Position numbers and translations under genes: made by a program. The notes under the pieces were generated by a model, which saw nothing but the letters and a program-made list of their open reading frames with translations, did not search any database and was not told the origin of the DNA. Of a DNA stretch of 64,000 nucleotides, positions 1 through 8,951 are shown one piece after another. Source of the stretch: Thermoanaerobaculia bacterium (GTDB lineage: Bacteria > Acidobacteriota > Thermoanaerobaculia > Multivoradales > JAIOJS01); the NCBI GenBank assembly GCA_963837455.1, contig CAWINM010000001.1, positions 452,832 through 516,831 on the forward strand, written 5' to 3'. The stretch's first letter is position 1, and the number at the start of each line of letters is the position of its first letter.

Positions 1-2
1 GG

Positions 3-119
3 GTCACCTTTCCTGGAGTCGTCGACTACCAGGACGTCTCCTTCGAGGCGCGGCACAACAACCGCACGGCGGTGACGCGGCGGGTGCCGGCGGGCCCCGG
101 CGGCGGCTCTTCGCGCTAG
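3..119 (+). CDS. 3' end of an unidentified upstream gene (partial; ...VTFPGVVDYQDVSFEARHNNRTAVTRRVPAGPGGGSSR*)
   Basis: Open frame 3 runs from the window edge to TAG at 117-119. The next gene starts at 184 with a strong RBS. Too short to identify the product. Confidence 0.3.
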   Translation, partial: VTFPGVVDYQDVSFEARHNNRTAVTRRVPAGPGGGSSR

Positions 120-183
120 AATCCCGGCTCCACCCCGAACAGCACGGATCGGCGGCGCCGCGGCGCGCGCACGAGGAGGAGCC

Positions 184-1389
184 ATGGCCAATAGCGTCGT
201 CAGGGTCACCCAGCAGGGTTGGGGCAGCCGCCTCGGTGGCTCGGTGAAGGGGGCGGTGGTGGGCGTGCTGCTCGCCTTCGCCGCCGTGCCGCTGCTGTTC
301 TGGAACGAGGGGCGCGCCGTGCACCGCGCGCGCACCCTGGCCGAGGGGGCGCGCGCCGTGGTCAGCGTGCCCCCCGGCGCCGTCGACGCCGGCCACGAGG
401 GCAAGCTCGTGCACACCTCGGCGCAGGCCACCACCGACGAGGTGCTGCGCGACCCGACCTTTGGCATCGCCCGCAACGCCCTCGCGCTCGAGCGCAAGGT
501 GGAGATGTACCAGTGGGTGCAGAAGGAGGAGAGGAAGGAGCGCAAGAAGCTCGGCGGCGGCACCGAGACGGTGACCACCTACAGCTACAGCAAGGAGTGG
601 CAGAGCTCGCCGGTCGACTCGGCCTCCTTCGAGGAGCCCGGCGGCCACGACAACCCCGGCTTCCCGTTCGAGGGGGAGACCTGGCGGGCCGCCGACGTGC
701 GGCTCGGCGCCTTCCACCTCGCACCCGAGCTCGCCGGCGAGCTCGACCAGCACAGCGACCTGCCGCTCGGCCAGGAGCAGCTCGACGCCGTCGACCCCAG
801 CCTGCGCGGACGCCTGCGGATCGTCGCCGACACCTTCTACCTCGGCAGCGCCGGTGACACCCCCAGCGTCGGCGACGTGCGAGTGAGCTTCGCGATGGTC
901 GAGCCGGCCCTCGCCAGCGTGGTGGCGGCGCAGCGTGGCGACCGCCTCGAGCCCTACCACGCCGAGGCCGGTGGCGACATCGCCCTCGTCGCCTACGGCG
1001 GCAAGACCGCCGACGAGATGTTCCAGGCCGCGCGCAACGCCAACACCGCGCTCACCTGGGTGCTGCGCCTGGTCGGCTTCGTGCTGCTCTTCCTAGGCAT
1101 CCTCGGCGTGCTCAAGCCGCTGCGGGTGGCAGCGGACGTGGTGCCGTTCCTCGGTCGCCTGGTCGGCGGCGGGCTCGCCCTCGCCGCCTTCCTGGTGGCA
1201 GCGCCGGTGGCGCTGGTCACCATCGCCGTCGGCTGGCTCGTCTACCGGCCGCTGCTCGGTATCGCGCTGCTGGCCGCGGCCGTCGGCTTCGTGGTCTGGC
1301 TCTGGCGCCGCAGCCGCAAGCCCGCCGCCGCGGCGGCCGGCGCGACCTTCGTGCCGCCGCCACCACCTCCGGCGCCTGCCCCGGGGTGA
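184..1389 (+). CDS. TMEM43/DUF1625-family membrane protein (N-terminal TM, large soluble domain, C-terminal TM cluster, poly-Pro tail)
   Basis: ATG at 184 follows GGAGGAG. Topology and sequence pattern (N-terminal TM helix, long extracytoplasmic region, then three or four C-terminal TM helices) resemble bacterial TMEM43 homologues. Stop TGA at 1387-1389. Confidence 0.6.
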   Translation: MANSVVRVTQQGWGSRLGGSVKGAVVGVLLAFAAVPLLFWNEGRAVHRARTLAEGARAVVSVPPGAVDAGHEGKLVHTSAQATTDEVLRDPTFGIARNALALERKVEMYQWVQKEERKERKKLGGGTETVTTYSYSKEWQSSPVDSASFEEPGGHDNPGFPFEGETWRAADVRLGAFHLAPELAGELDQHSDLPLGQEQLDAVDPSLRGRLRIVADTFYLGSAGDTPSVGDVRVSFAMVEPALASVVAAQRGDRLEPYHAEAGGDIALVAYGGKTADEMFQAARNANTALTWVLRLVGFVLLFLGILGVLKPLRVAADVVPFLGRLVGGGLALAAFLVAAPVALVTIAVGWLVYRPLLGIALLAAAVGFVVWLWRRSRKPAAAAAGATFVPPPPPPAPAPG

Positions 1390-1464
1390 GCAAGCCCACC
1401 GGCCGCGGGGCCGGCGCCCTGGTGGCGGGCCGCTCGGGCTAAGATCGCGCGCCGCGGAGGCCCG

Positions 1465-3390
1465 ATGGACGACCCAACGCAGACGACCAACCCCACGAGC
1501 GCTCCCCAGGAGGCGCCCCGGCGCGCCACCGCGGTCGACGCCGAAGCGCCGCCACGCTCGCGACGGCGCGGCGAGATCGACCCGCGATACCGCTGGGACC
1601 TTGCCCCCATCTTCCCCGGCTGGGAGGACTGGGAGCAGGCCTGCGACGAGTTGGGGGAGCTCGTGGACCGCCTAGCGCGACTGCAGGGAACCCTCTCCGA
1701 CCGCGAGCAGGGCCCTGCGGCGCTGCTCACTGTGCTGCGCCTGCAGGACGAGATCGGCCAGCTCGCGCACCGCGTCTGGTACTACCCGTCGCTCACCTAC
1801 GACCAGGACCAGCGCGACAATACCGTCAACGCCCACCGGCAGCGCGTGCAGGTGCTGTTCGCGCGCTGGGAGCAGGCGGGCGCCTGGTTCAAGCCCGAGC
1901 TGCTGCAGCTGCCCCTCGCCACCGTCCGCCTCTGGATGGACGAGGACGCGGAGCGCCCGGACGGCCTCGCCCTCTACCGCTTCAAGCTCGAGGACCTCTA
2001 TCGCCGCCAACAGCACGTGCTCGGCGAGGAGGGGGAGCGCGTGCTCTCCTTCACCAGCCGCTTCGCCGACCTTCCCGACGAGGCCTACTCGGCGCTCTCC
2101 ACCGCCGACATGCGGTACCCCGCCGTGCGCCTCGCCGACGGCCGCGAGGTGACGGTCAGCTATGGCCAGTACCGCACCCTGCTCGCCACCAACCGCGTGC
2201 AGCGCGACCGCGCCGCCGTCTTCGGCGCCTTCTACGAGACCTTCGAACGCAGCCTCAACACCTACGCGGCTCTCTACAACGGCGTCTGCCAGCGCGACTG
2301 GTTCGGTGCCATGGCGCGCCGCTACCGCACGACCCTGGAGGCCGCCCTCGACGGCAACCGCATTCCCACCGAGGTGGTGGAGCGGCTGATCGAGACCACG
2401 CGCGCCGGAGTGGCGCCATTGCAGCGTTACCACCGGCTGCGCCGGCGGGTGCTCGGCGTCGCCGACTACCACCTCTACGACACCAGCATCCCGCTGCTCG
2501 AGGCGGATCGCCGTTACCCCTACGAGGAGGCGGTGCGCTGGGTGATCGCCGCGGCGGCGCCGCTGGGCGCCGACTACCGGCAGCGGGTGAAGGCGGTGTT
2601 CGACGCCCGCTACGTCGACGTCTACGAGAACGAGGGGAAGCGCTCGGGCGCCTACTCCGCCGGCGTCTACGGCGTCCACCCCTACATGCTGCTCAACTAC
2701 AACGACACCCTCGACGACCTCTTCACCCTCGCCCACGAGACCGGGCATACCCTCCACAGCCTGCTCTCCCACGAGACGCAGCCGTTCACCTACGCGAGCT
2801 ACACCATCTTCGTCGCCGAGGTGGCCTCGACCCTCGCCGAGGCACTGCTGCTCGACGCGCTGCTCGCCGAGAGCTCCGATCCGCGCGAGCGCATCCTGCT
2901 GCTGCAGCACGCCATCGACAGCATCACCGGCACCTTCTACACGCAGGTGCTGTTCGCCGAGTGGGAGCTCGAGGCGCACCGTGCCGCCGAGCGCGGGGAA
3001 CCGATCACCGCCGAGACGCTGTCGGAGCGATACTTCGGGCTGCTGCAGCACTACTACGGCGAGGCGATCGAGCTCGACTCGCTCTACCGCATCACCTGGG
3101 CACGCATCCCCCACTTCTTCCAGAGCCCGTACTACGTCTACCAGTACGCCACCAGCTTCGCCGCCTCGGCGCAGATCGCGCAGGCGCTGCGCCGCGCCGA
3201 CGCCGGGCCGGCGCGCGAGGAGCTGGTGGATCGCTACCTGCAGCTGCTGCGCGCCGGCGGCAACGACTACCCCATCGACCAGCTGCTCGCCGCCGGCGTC
3301 GACCTCACCCGCCCCGAGCCGGTCGAAGCGGTGGTCGCCGAGCTCGATCGCCTGGTGGGCCAGCTCGAGCGCGAGCTGGCGGCGCTGTAG
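1465..3390 (+). CDS. pepF: oligoendopeptidase F, M3B family zinc metallopeptidase
   Basis: 641 aa with an HETGHTLH (HExxH) zinc motif and M3-family conservation throughout. GGAGG RBS before the ATG at 1465. Confidence 0.85.
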   Translation: MDDPTQTTNPTSAPQEAPRRATAVDAEAPPRSRRRGEIDPRYRWDLAPIFPGWEDWEQACDELGELVDRLARLQGTLSDREQGPAALLTVLRLQDEIGQLAHRVWYYPSLTYDQDQRDNTVNAHRQRVQVLFARWEQAGAWFKPELLQLPLATVRLWMDEDAERPDGLALYRFKLEDLYRRQQHVLGEEGERVLSFTSRFADLPDEAYSALSTADMRYPAVRLADGREVTVSYGQYRTLLATNRVQRDRAAVFGAFYETFERSLNTYAALYNGVCQRDWFGAMARRYRTTLEAALDGNRIPTEVVERLIETTRAGVAPLQRYHRLRRRVLGVADYHLYDTSIPLLEADRRYPYEEAVRWVIAAAAPLGADYRQRVKAVFDARYVDVYENEGKRSGAYSAGVYGVHPYMLLNYNDTLDDLFTLAHETGHTLHSLLSHETQPFTYASYTIFVAEVASTLAEALLLDALLAESSDPRERILLLQHAIDSITGTFYTQVLFAEWELEAHRAAERGEPITAETLSERYFGLLQHYYGEAIELDSLYRITWARIPHFFQSPYYVYQYATSFAASAQIAQALRRADAGPAREELVDRYLQLLRAGGNDYPIDQLLAAGVDLTRPEPVEAVVAELDRLVGQLERELAAL

Positions 3391-3417
3391 CCGGCGCGCC
3401 GGCAGGCGCGGCTGCGC
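3390..3417. terminator. possible intrinsic terminator: two short GC hairpins (GCCGGCGCGCCGGC palindrome, then GGCGCggctGCGCC) right after pepF
   Basis: Perfect 14-nt palindrome overlapping the pepF stop. No U-tract, which is common in high-GC genomes. Weak call. Confidence 0.2.
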
Positions 3418-3587
3418 CCCTCTCCCTCCCAGCACGCGCCCCACTCGGCCCGTGGTCAGGCGCCGCGCCGGCTGAGCCTCGCCGCCACGATGCTCGATCT
3501 CGACGGCATGGTGCCGGTGGGTTCCCGCTGGCGCCGATTCCGATGAGGCAGCAGACTCTCGCCCGCCACCACCCGGGGGGCCTTCGC

Positions 3588-5954
3588 TCAGCGACGGCCG
3601 GGGGGGCGTTCCGGCTCCGCCTGGCGTCGCAGGTCGCGGGCGCGGGAGATGAGTCGCACCAGCTCCTCGACCCGCGGCTGCCGCGGCCAGTCCTCGCTCA
3701 GCTGCGCCGCCCGCCGCGCCAGCTCGCCGAGGTCCTCGTCGCCGGCCGGCCCCTGCCGGGCCCAGTACGAGCCGCGCAGCATCTCGGCGAAGCGCCCCAC
3801 CACCGTGGCCAGCCGGAAGCCTCGGCTCGCCGCCTCCCAGCGCGACGCCAGGTCCACCCAGCGCAGGGGCTGCTGCTGCTCCACGAAGGCGCCACCGGCG
3901 GCGGGGCGCCAGCGCAGTCGCAGCACTGCGAGGGTGGCGCCGTGCGGCACCTCGCGGCGCAGCTTGAGCTCGTAGAGGGCGGACACCGTGTGCCCGGCAC
4001 CCACCTCGCCAGCGTCGAGGCTGTCGTCGCGGAAGCGCGTGTCGGCGACGTCGCGGTTCTCGTAGCCGAGCAGCCGCCAGCGGGAGACGAAGCGCGGGTC
4101 GACCTCCACCTGGGCGCGGGCCTCGGCGGCCACCGTCTCCAGGGTGCCGGTGAGGCTCTCGACGAAGGTCCGCCGCGCCTCGTCGATCTCGTCGACGTAG
4201 GCGTAGCGGCCGTTGCCGCGGTCGGCGAGCTGCTCCATGAGCTCGTCGTTGTAGTTGCCCATGCCGAAGCCGACGGTGGTGAGCTCGACGCCCCGCCGCG
4301 CCGCCGCCCCCACGCTGGCGAGGATGCTCTCCGGCCCGGTGTTGCCAACGTTGGCGACGCCGTCCGAGCAGAGGATGACGCGATGGATGGCGCCGCGCCG
4401 CCCCAGCCGCGAGACGAGGTCGAAGGCGACCGCCAACCCCTGCTCGGTGTTGGTGGCCCCCTCCGGGGCGAGCCGCTCGATGGCAGCCGCTACCTGTTGC
4501 ACGTCGGCGGTAAGCGGAAGCAGGACACGCGCCTGGGAGCCGAAGACCACCAGCCCGACGCGGTCGCTGGCGGTGAGCTCGCCGAGCAGCAGCCGCAGCG
4601 AGCGCTTGACGAGCTCGAGACGGTTCTCCGCCGCCATCGATCCGGAGACGTCGACCACGAACACCAGGTCGGCCGGGCGCCGCTCGGCGCGCTGCACCTC
4701 GCGCGCCTTGATGGCGAAGCGCGCCAGCACGTAGCGGTCGCCGGGAGCCCAGGGGTCGGGCGCCCCCTCGGCGGTGAGCGCAAAGTCGCCCTGCCGCGGC
4801 GGCGCGTCGCCGTAGTCGAAGGCGTTGACCAGCTCCTCCACCCGCACCGCCGCCGCCGGCGGCAGGTTGCCGTCGTCGAGGTAGCGGCGCACGACGTTGT
4901 AGGCGCCGGTGTCGACGTCGAGGGCGAAGGTCGAGAGCGCATCGTCCTCGCTGTCGACGAACGGGTTGACGCCGTAGCTGTGGAAGAACACGTCGCCATA
5001 GGGCTGGTCGTTGGGCTCGGCGGTGCCGCCGGTGGACGGCGGCAGCGTCGCGGCGGCCGACGAGGGCTCGGCGGGGGCCCGCGGCACGGCCGGCGCGGGA
5101 GCCGACACGTAGCCGAGCTCCCTCACCTTGGCGGCGGCCGCGCCGTCGGCGCGCTCGGCCGGCGTCGCTGCCACCTGGTCCCGCGCCACCTGGTCCCTGG
5201 TGGTGGAGCTGCGATCCGCATCGGTCGGCATGGCGGCGACACCGCTGGCGATCCGCCGCGCGTCGGGCAATGGGCTCTCCGCGGCGGTGACGACCTCCTC
5301 CTTGGCCGCGATGCGGTTCGCCCGCGGCGCCGTGGTCGGCGCCTGGAGCTGCGCCTCTTCGCCGCGAGCGCCGCCCGCCATGCCGGAAGGCGCGTTGGAC
5401 ACGGTACCCGCTCTCCCTTCCTCGACGCCGGCGAGGCGGAGTGCCGGGGCCGGCGCCGACGCCACCTCGGGGGCGGCGATGCCACGCGGGACGGGCTGCG
5501 CCTGGCGCTCGCGGGACCAGAGGCCGGGGAACGCCGGGATGGGCGACGGCGCGGCGGCCGCCGGAGCCATCCCGGCGTTCCCCAGCGCACGGCGGTCCCG
5601 AGGCTGCCTCGTCTCGGCCGATCCGCCGGGCGCTTCCGCAGGGGACGTCGGAGCGTAGAGGGCTTGCTGCTGGGGCTTCGGCTCAGGCACCGCCTCGACC
5701 CCCAGCTGGTGGCGCAGGGCCAACCACGACAAGGTGCCGCCACCGACCAGCGTCGCCAGCGAGGCGGCGGCCAGCCAGAGCCGGCGCGGCAAGGGCCGCC
5801 GGAAGACCAGCAGGTGACCGCCCCCGGGCGGGGCCGGAGCCTGGATCTCGGCGGGGATCTGGCGACGCAGCTCCTCGAGCAGACCCGCGGGCGGCTCGGG
5901 CACGGTGTCGGGGCGCAGCCGGCGCGCCAGTTGACGATCGGTGATCCGGCTCAT
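3588..5954 (-). CDS. anti-sigma factor with single TM helix, long Ala/Pro-rich linker and extracytoplasmic vWA + YfbK-like (DUF3520) domain
   Basis: 788 aa. The N-terminal roughly 60 aa precede a TM helix (WLAAASLATLVGGGTLSWLAL), followed by a low-complexity linker. A vWA MIDAS motif (DLVFVVDVSGSM) and the YfbK-type C-terminal domain follow. The start codon overlaps the sigma stop (ATGA at 5951-5954). Confidence 0.75.
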   Translation of the reverse strand: MSRITDRQLARRLRPDTVPEPPAGLLEELRRQIPAEIQAPAPPGGGHLLVFRRPLPRRLWLAAASLATLVGGGTLSWLALRHQLGVEAVPEPKPQQQALYAPTSPAEAPGGSAETRQPRDRRALGNAGMAPAAAAPSPIPAFPGLWSRERQAQPVPRGIAAPEVASAPAPALRLAGVEEGRAGTVSNAPSGMAGGARGEEAQLQAPTTAPRANRIAAKEEVVTAAESPLPDARRIASGVAAMPTDADRSSTTRDQVARDQVAATPAERADGAAAAKVRELGYVSAPAPAVPRAPAEPSSAAATLPPSTGGTAEPNDQPYGDVFFHSYGVNPFVDSEDDALSTFALDVDTGAYNVVRRYLDDGNLPPAAAVRVEELVNAFDYGDAPPRQGDFALTAEGAPDPWAPGDRYVLARFAIKAREVQRAERRPADLVFVVDVSGSMAAENRLELVKRSLRLLLGELTASDRVGLVVFGSQARVLLPLTADVQQVAAAIERLAPEGATNTEQGLAVAFDLVSRLGRRGAIHRVILCSDGVANVGNTGPESILASVGAAARRGVELTTVGFGMGNYNDELMEQLADRGNGRYAYVDEIDEARRTFVESLTGTLETVAAEARAQVEVDPRFVSRWRLLGYENRDVADTRFRDDSLDAGEVGAGHTVSALYELKLRREVPHGATLAVLRLRWRPAAGGAFVEQQQPLRWVDLASRWEAASRGFRLATVVGRFAEMLRGSYWARQGPAGDEDLGELARRAAQLSEDWPRQPRVEELVRLISRARDLRRQAEPERPPGRR

Positions 5955-6505
5955 GGAGTGGGCTCCTCGAGGGCCAGGCGCAGCGCCGCGAAGGCGCGCT
6001 TGAGCCGCTTGCGGACGGCAACGGGGGTGATGTGCTCCAGGCGGGCGACCTCCGAGACCGGCAGCTCGCTCCAGAAGTGCGCGCTGACCGTGAAGCGGAG
6101 GTCCTCGGGCAGCTTCATGACGGCGCGCCGCAGCCGCGCGGCCTCATCGCTGCCCGCCAGCGTCTCGGCGGCGTCGGGCTCGGGATCGGCGAGACGCTCG
6201 GCGGTCTCGTCGCTGAGCTCCTGCAAGGGCCGCGGCCGGCGGAGGTGGTGGAGGAACGTGTTGTAGGCGATGCGGTAGAGCCAGGTGGACAGCTGGGCGC
6301 GGCCTTCGAAGCGTGGCAGCGCCTGCCACGCCTTGCGATAGGTCTCCTGGGTGAGGTCGGCGGCGAGCTCGGCGTCGCCGCCACAGAGGCGGAACAGGGC
6401 GGCGTAGATCTGCCGGTAGCTGGTCTCGATCAGCCGCTCCGCCGCGGCGCGGTCGCCGCGAGAGAGGGCTAGCAGCAGCGGCGCCGAGTCCGCTCCGTCG
6501 GTCAT
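5951..6505 (-). CDS. ECF (sigma-70 family, group IV) RNA polymerase sigma factor
   Basis: Regions 2 and 4 of ECF sigma factors are present (YRQIYAALFRL..., C-terminal HTH). Preferred start is MTDGADS at 6505, preceded by GGGAGGAGG. The ORF extends upstream to 6691, probably spuriously. Translationally coupled to the downstream anti-sigma. Confidence 0.8.
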   Translation of the reverse strand: MTDGADSAPLLLALSRGDRAAAERLIETSYRQIYAALFRLCGGDAELAADLTQETYRKAWQALPRFEGRAQLSTWLYRIAYNTFLHHLRRPRPLQELSDETAERLADPEPDAAETLAGSDEAARLRRAVMKLPEDLRFTVSAHFWSELPVSEVARLEHITPVAVRKRLKRAFAALRLALEEPTP

Positions 6506-6786
6506 CGCCGCGCCTCCTCCCGGTCGCAGCCCCGGTTGCAGGGCCATGTTTCCGCCGCCAGCCGACGGGTTCAGCGTGGAGGTGTCCATGGCACCCCTTT
6601 GGACCCGCCGCGTCGTGGAAAGGAAACCGGGACGGCGGCACTGTATCGCGAGCGCCTGGCCCGGCGAGAGTGGCGCCGGCGGGGAGCGCACAGGGGGCGG
6701 GAGGCCGTCGTCAGCCTAGGCGCTCATCCCCCGGCTCGACCGCGGGCCCGCACCACCCGGCGCCCCCCTGGGGGAACGCGGCCGCC

Positions 6787-6951
6787 TCACGCTCGCCGCA
6801 GCAGGTGCCCGAGCAGCCCGAGGACGAACAGGATCAGGAACAGGAAGAACAGAATCTTGGCGATCCCCACGGCGCCAGCGGCGATGCCGCCGAAGCCAAA
6901 GAGCGCCGCCACCAAGGCGACGACGAGGAAGATCAGTGCCCAACGCAGCAT
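6787..6951 (-). CDS. UPF0391/DUF1328 small membrane protein (YtjA-like), 54 aa
   Basis: Not in the ORF track (under 60 aa). [54 protein letters not shown] matches the YtjA family pattern (M.RW.iiFLviAliAa.lGFGGiag.aagiAKilF). Strong GGAGGTGG RBS. Coordinates read by eye, possibly +/-1. Confidence 0.6.
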   Translation of the reverse strand: MLRWALIFLVVALVAALFGFGGIAAGAVGIAKILFFLFLILFVLGLLGHLLRRA

Positions 6952-7020
6952 GGTTTCCACCTCCCTTGGCGGTCTTCCGCGACCGCGAGCCCCGCGGCCG
7001 CGATCCGCCGTTTCCTGTCC

Positions 7021-7311
7021 TCAACGATGCGGCGTCGGCGTGGGTGAGCTGCCCGGCATCTCGAGGCGAACCCGCGGCACCTCGATCGTCTTCTTCTCCG
7101 CGTGCACCTCGACCTTGGGCACCTCGATCTCCACGGGGGTGCTGGTCACGCGCACCTGCGCGGGCTTGACCTCGTACTCCGGCAGCTGGCCACCCTGGAC
7201 CTCGACCTTGGGCAGCTCGCCCGCCTTCGTCCTCGTCACCTGACAAGCGGCCAACGGCAGCGCCAGGACGGCGACTGCCAGGATGCTCGCGAACCTCGAT
7301 TGCCGTCGCAT
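7021..7311 (-). CDS. small lipoprotein with repeated (P)KVEV/EIEV motifs, 96 aa
   Basis: Signal peptide plus lipobox (MRRQSRFASILAVAVLALPLAAC). The long upstream extension in the ORF track (to 7692) looks spurious. Repetitive E/K/V-rich mature part. Confidence 0.5.
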   Translation of the reverse strand: MRRQSRFASILAVAVLALPLAACQVTRTKAGELPKVEVQGGQLPEYEVKPAQVRVTSTPVEIEVPKVEVHAEKKTIEVPRVRLEMPGSSPTPTPHR

Positions 7312-7510
7312 GCTCTGGCCCTCCGGCGGGTCCGAGCCATTCGGACCTCGTGTCGGTACCACAGCAAGGTGCGGGCCAGGTCGGCTCGCAGGCGGCGCCG
7401 GCGGCCGCATGGAGCAAGACTGGAGCAGGGGGTCGCCTCTCGCACCACGCGCCGAGCCTGCTGGACGGCGCCCTCTGCGACCGCCCCAGCCGTTAAGATG
7501 CCGGACCTGA

Positions 7511-8905
7511 ATGGCAGATGCCACCTTCCTCGGCGCCTGCGGCACCGTCACCGGCAGCATGACGCTCCTCGCGTGGGGCGAGCGGCGGGTGCTCGTCGAC
7601 TGCGGGATGTTCCAGGGCGGCCAGGAGCTCGAGCAGCGCAACCGCGAGCCCTTCCCGTTCCGCCCCAAGGAGCTCGAGGCGGTGGTGCTCACTCACGCCC
7701 ACCTCGACCACAGCGGGCGCCTGCCACTGCTCATCGCCCGCGGCTTCCGCGGCCCCATCTACTGCACCCGCCCCAGTCGCGGCCTCACCTCGCTGGTGCT
7801 GCGCGACGCCGCCAAGCTGCAGGAGGAGGAGGCCGGATGGGCGCGGCGCAAGGGATACAGCCGCCACGCCGAGCCTGCCGCCCTCTACACCGAGGAGCAG
7901 GCGCGGCAAGCCCTGGCGCAGCTGCACCGTGTGGCCTTCGACGAGTCCTTCGAGGTGTTGCCGGGCGTGTCGGTGCGGATGCGCCGTGCCGGGCACCTGC
8001 TGGGCGCGGCCACCGTCGAGCTCACCGCCAAGGGTAGCGACGGCGAGCGGCGCTGCTGGTGCTTCTCGGGGGACGTCGGGCGCTACGGCGTGCCCATCCT
8101 GCAGGACCCCGAGCCACCCACCGTCGCCCCCGACACGCTGCTGCTCGAGTCCACCTACGGCGATCGCGTGCACCCCGCGGGGGACCCCCGGCAGGCGTTG
8201 CGCCAGGTGATTGCGGAGACCTTCGCCCGCGACGGCGTGCTGCTCATCCCCTCCTTCGCGCTCGGCCGCACCCAGGACCTGCTCTATCACCTCGCGGCGC
8301 TGGCCGACGACGGCCAGCTGGCCGCCGACCGCGTCTTCGTCGACAGCCCGATGGCGATCAGCGCCACCGAGCTCTACGAGGAGTTCCCCGCCGAGCACGA
8401 CGAGGAGCTGGCGGCGCTGGTGGCCGCCGATAGGAACCCCTTTGCCCTCGAGCGCTTCGGTCGGTGCCGTACCAGCGAGCAGTCGCAGGCCCTCAACTCG
8501 CGCCGCCAGATCGTCATCATCGCCGGCAGCGGCATGGCCAACGGCGGCCGCATCCTCCATCACCTGCGACACCGGCTCGCCGATGCGCGCAACAGCGTCC
8601 TCTTCGTCGGCTTCCAGGCCGCCGGTACCCGCGGCCGCGCGCTGGTGGAAGGGGCGCAGCGCGTGAGTGTCCTCGGAACGGTGGTGCCGGTGCGCGCACA
8701 GGTGCAACGACTGGAGATGCTGTCCGCCCACGCCGACCACGACGAGCTGCTGCGCTGGGCCCGCGCCCTGCCCGGCCCCCCTCGTCGTGTCTTCCTCAAC
8801 CACGGCGAGGACTCCGCCCGCGCGGCGCTCGCCCGCTCGCTGCAGAACGAGCTCGGCTGGCCGCTGCCGGAGCTGCCCGCCCAGGGGCAGACGGTGGCGT
8901 TCTAG
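7511..8905 (+). CDS. MBL-fold metallo-hydrolase of the beta-CASP / RNA-metabolising family
   Basis: 464 aa with the HxHxDH motif (THAHLDHSG) and beta-CASP and C-terminal RNA-specificity domain conservation. Confidence 0.8.
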   Translation: MADATFLGACGTVTGSMTLLAWGERRVLVDCGMFQGGQELEQRNREPFPFRPKELEAVVLTHAHLDHSGRLPLLIARGFRGPIYCTRPSRGLTSLVLRDAAKLQEEEAGWARRKGYSRHAEPAALYTEEQARQALAQLHRVAFDESFEVLPGVSVRMRRAGHLLGAATVELTAKGSDGERRCWCFSGDVGRYGVPILQDPEPPTVAPDTLLLESTYGDRVHPAGDPRQALRQVIAETFARDGVLLIPSFALGRTQDLLYHLAALADDGQLAADRVFVDSPMAISATELYEEFPAEHDEELAALVAADRNPFALERFGRCRTSEQSQALNSRRQIVIIAGSGMANGGRILHHLRHRLADARNSVLFVGFQAAGTRGRALVEGAQRVSVLGTVVPVRAQVQRLEMLSAHADHDELLRWARALPGPPRRVFLNHGEDSARAALARSLQNELGWPLPELPAQGQTVAF

Positions 8906-8951
8906 CGCCGCGCTAAGATCCGTTCGGACGCTCGAATCGACGAGGAGAGCC

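Noticed and set aside
1672-3444. 590-aa minus-strand ORF antisense to pepF. Similar very long antisense ORFs occur elsewhere (4..960, 2961..6266, 10767..12320, 50134..53709, 42-44 kb)
   Set aside because: Stop codons are rare in 70%+ GC DNA, so long ORFs appear on the strand opposite real genes. These have Arg/Ala/Gly/Pro-biased low-complexity translations with no recognisable domains, and they overlap genes that have clear homology.
7312-7510. TTAAGAT -10-like hexamer 12 nt upstream of the MBL-hydrolase ATG
   Set aside because: No acceptable -35 element and no SD. Too weak to call a promoter.
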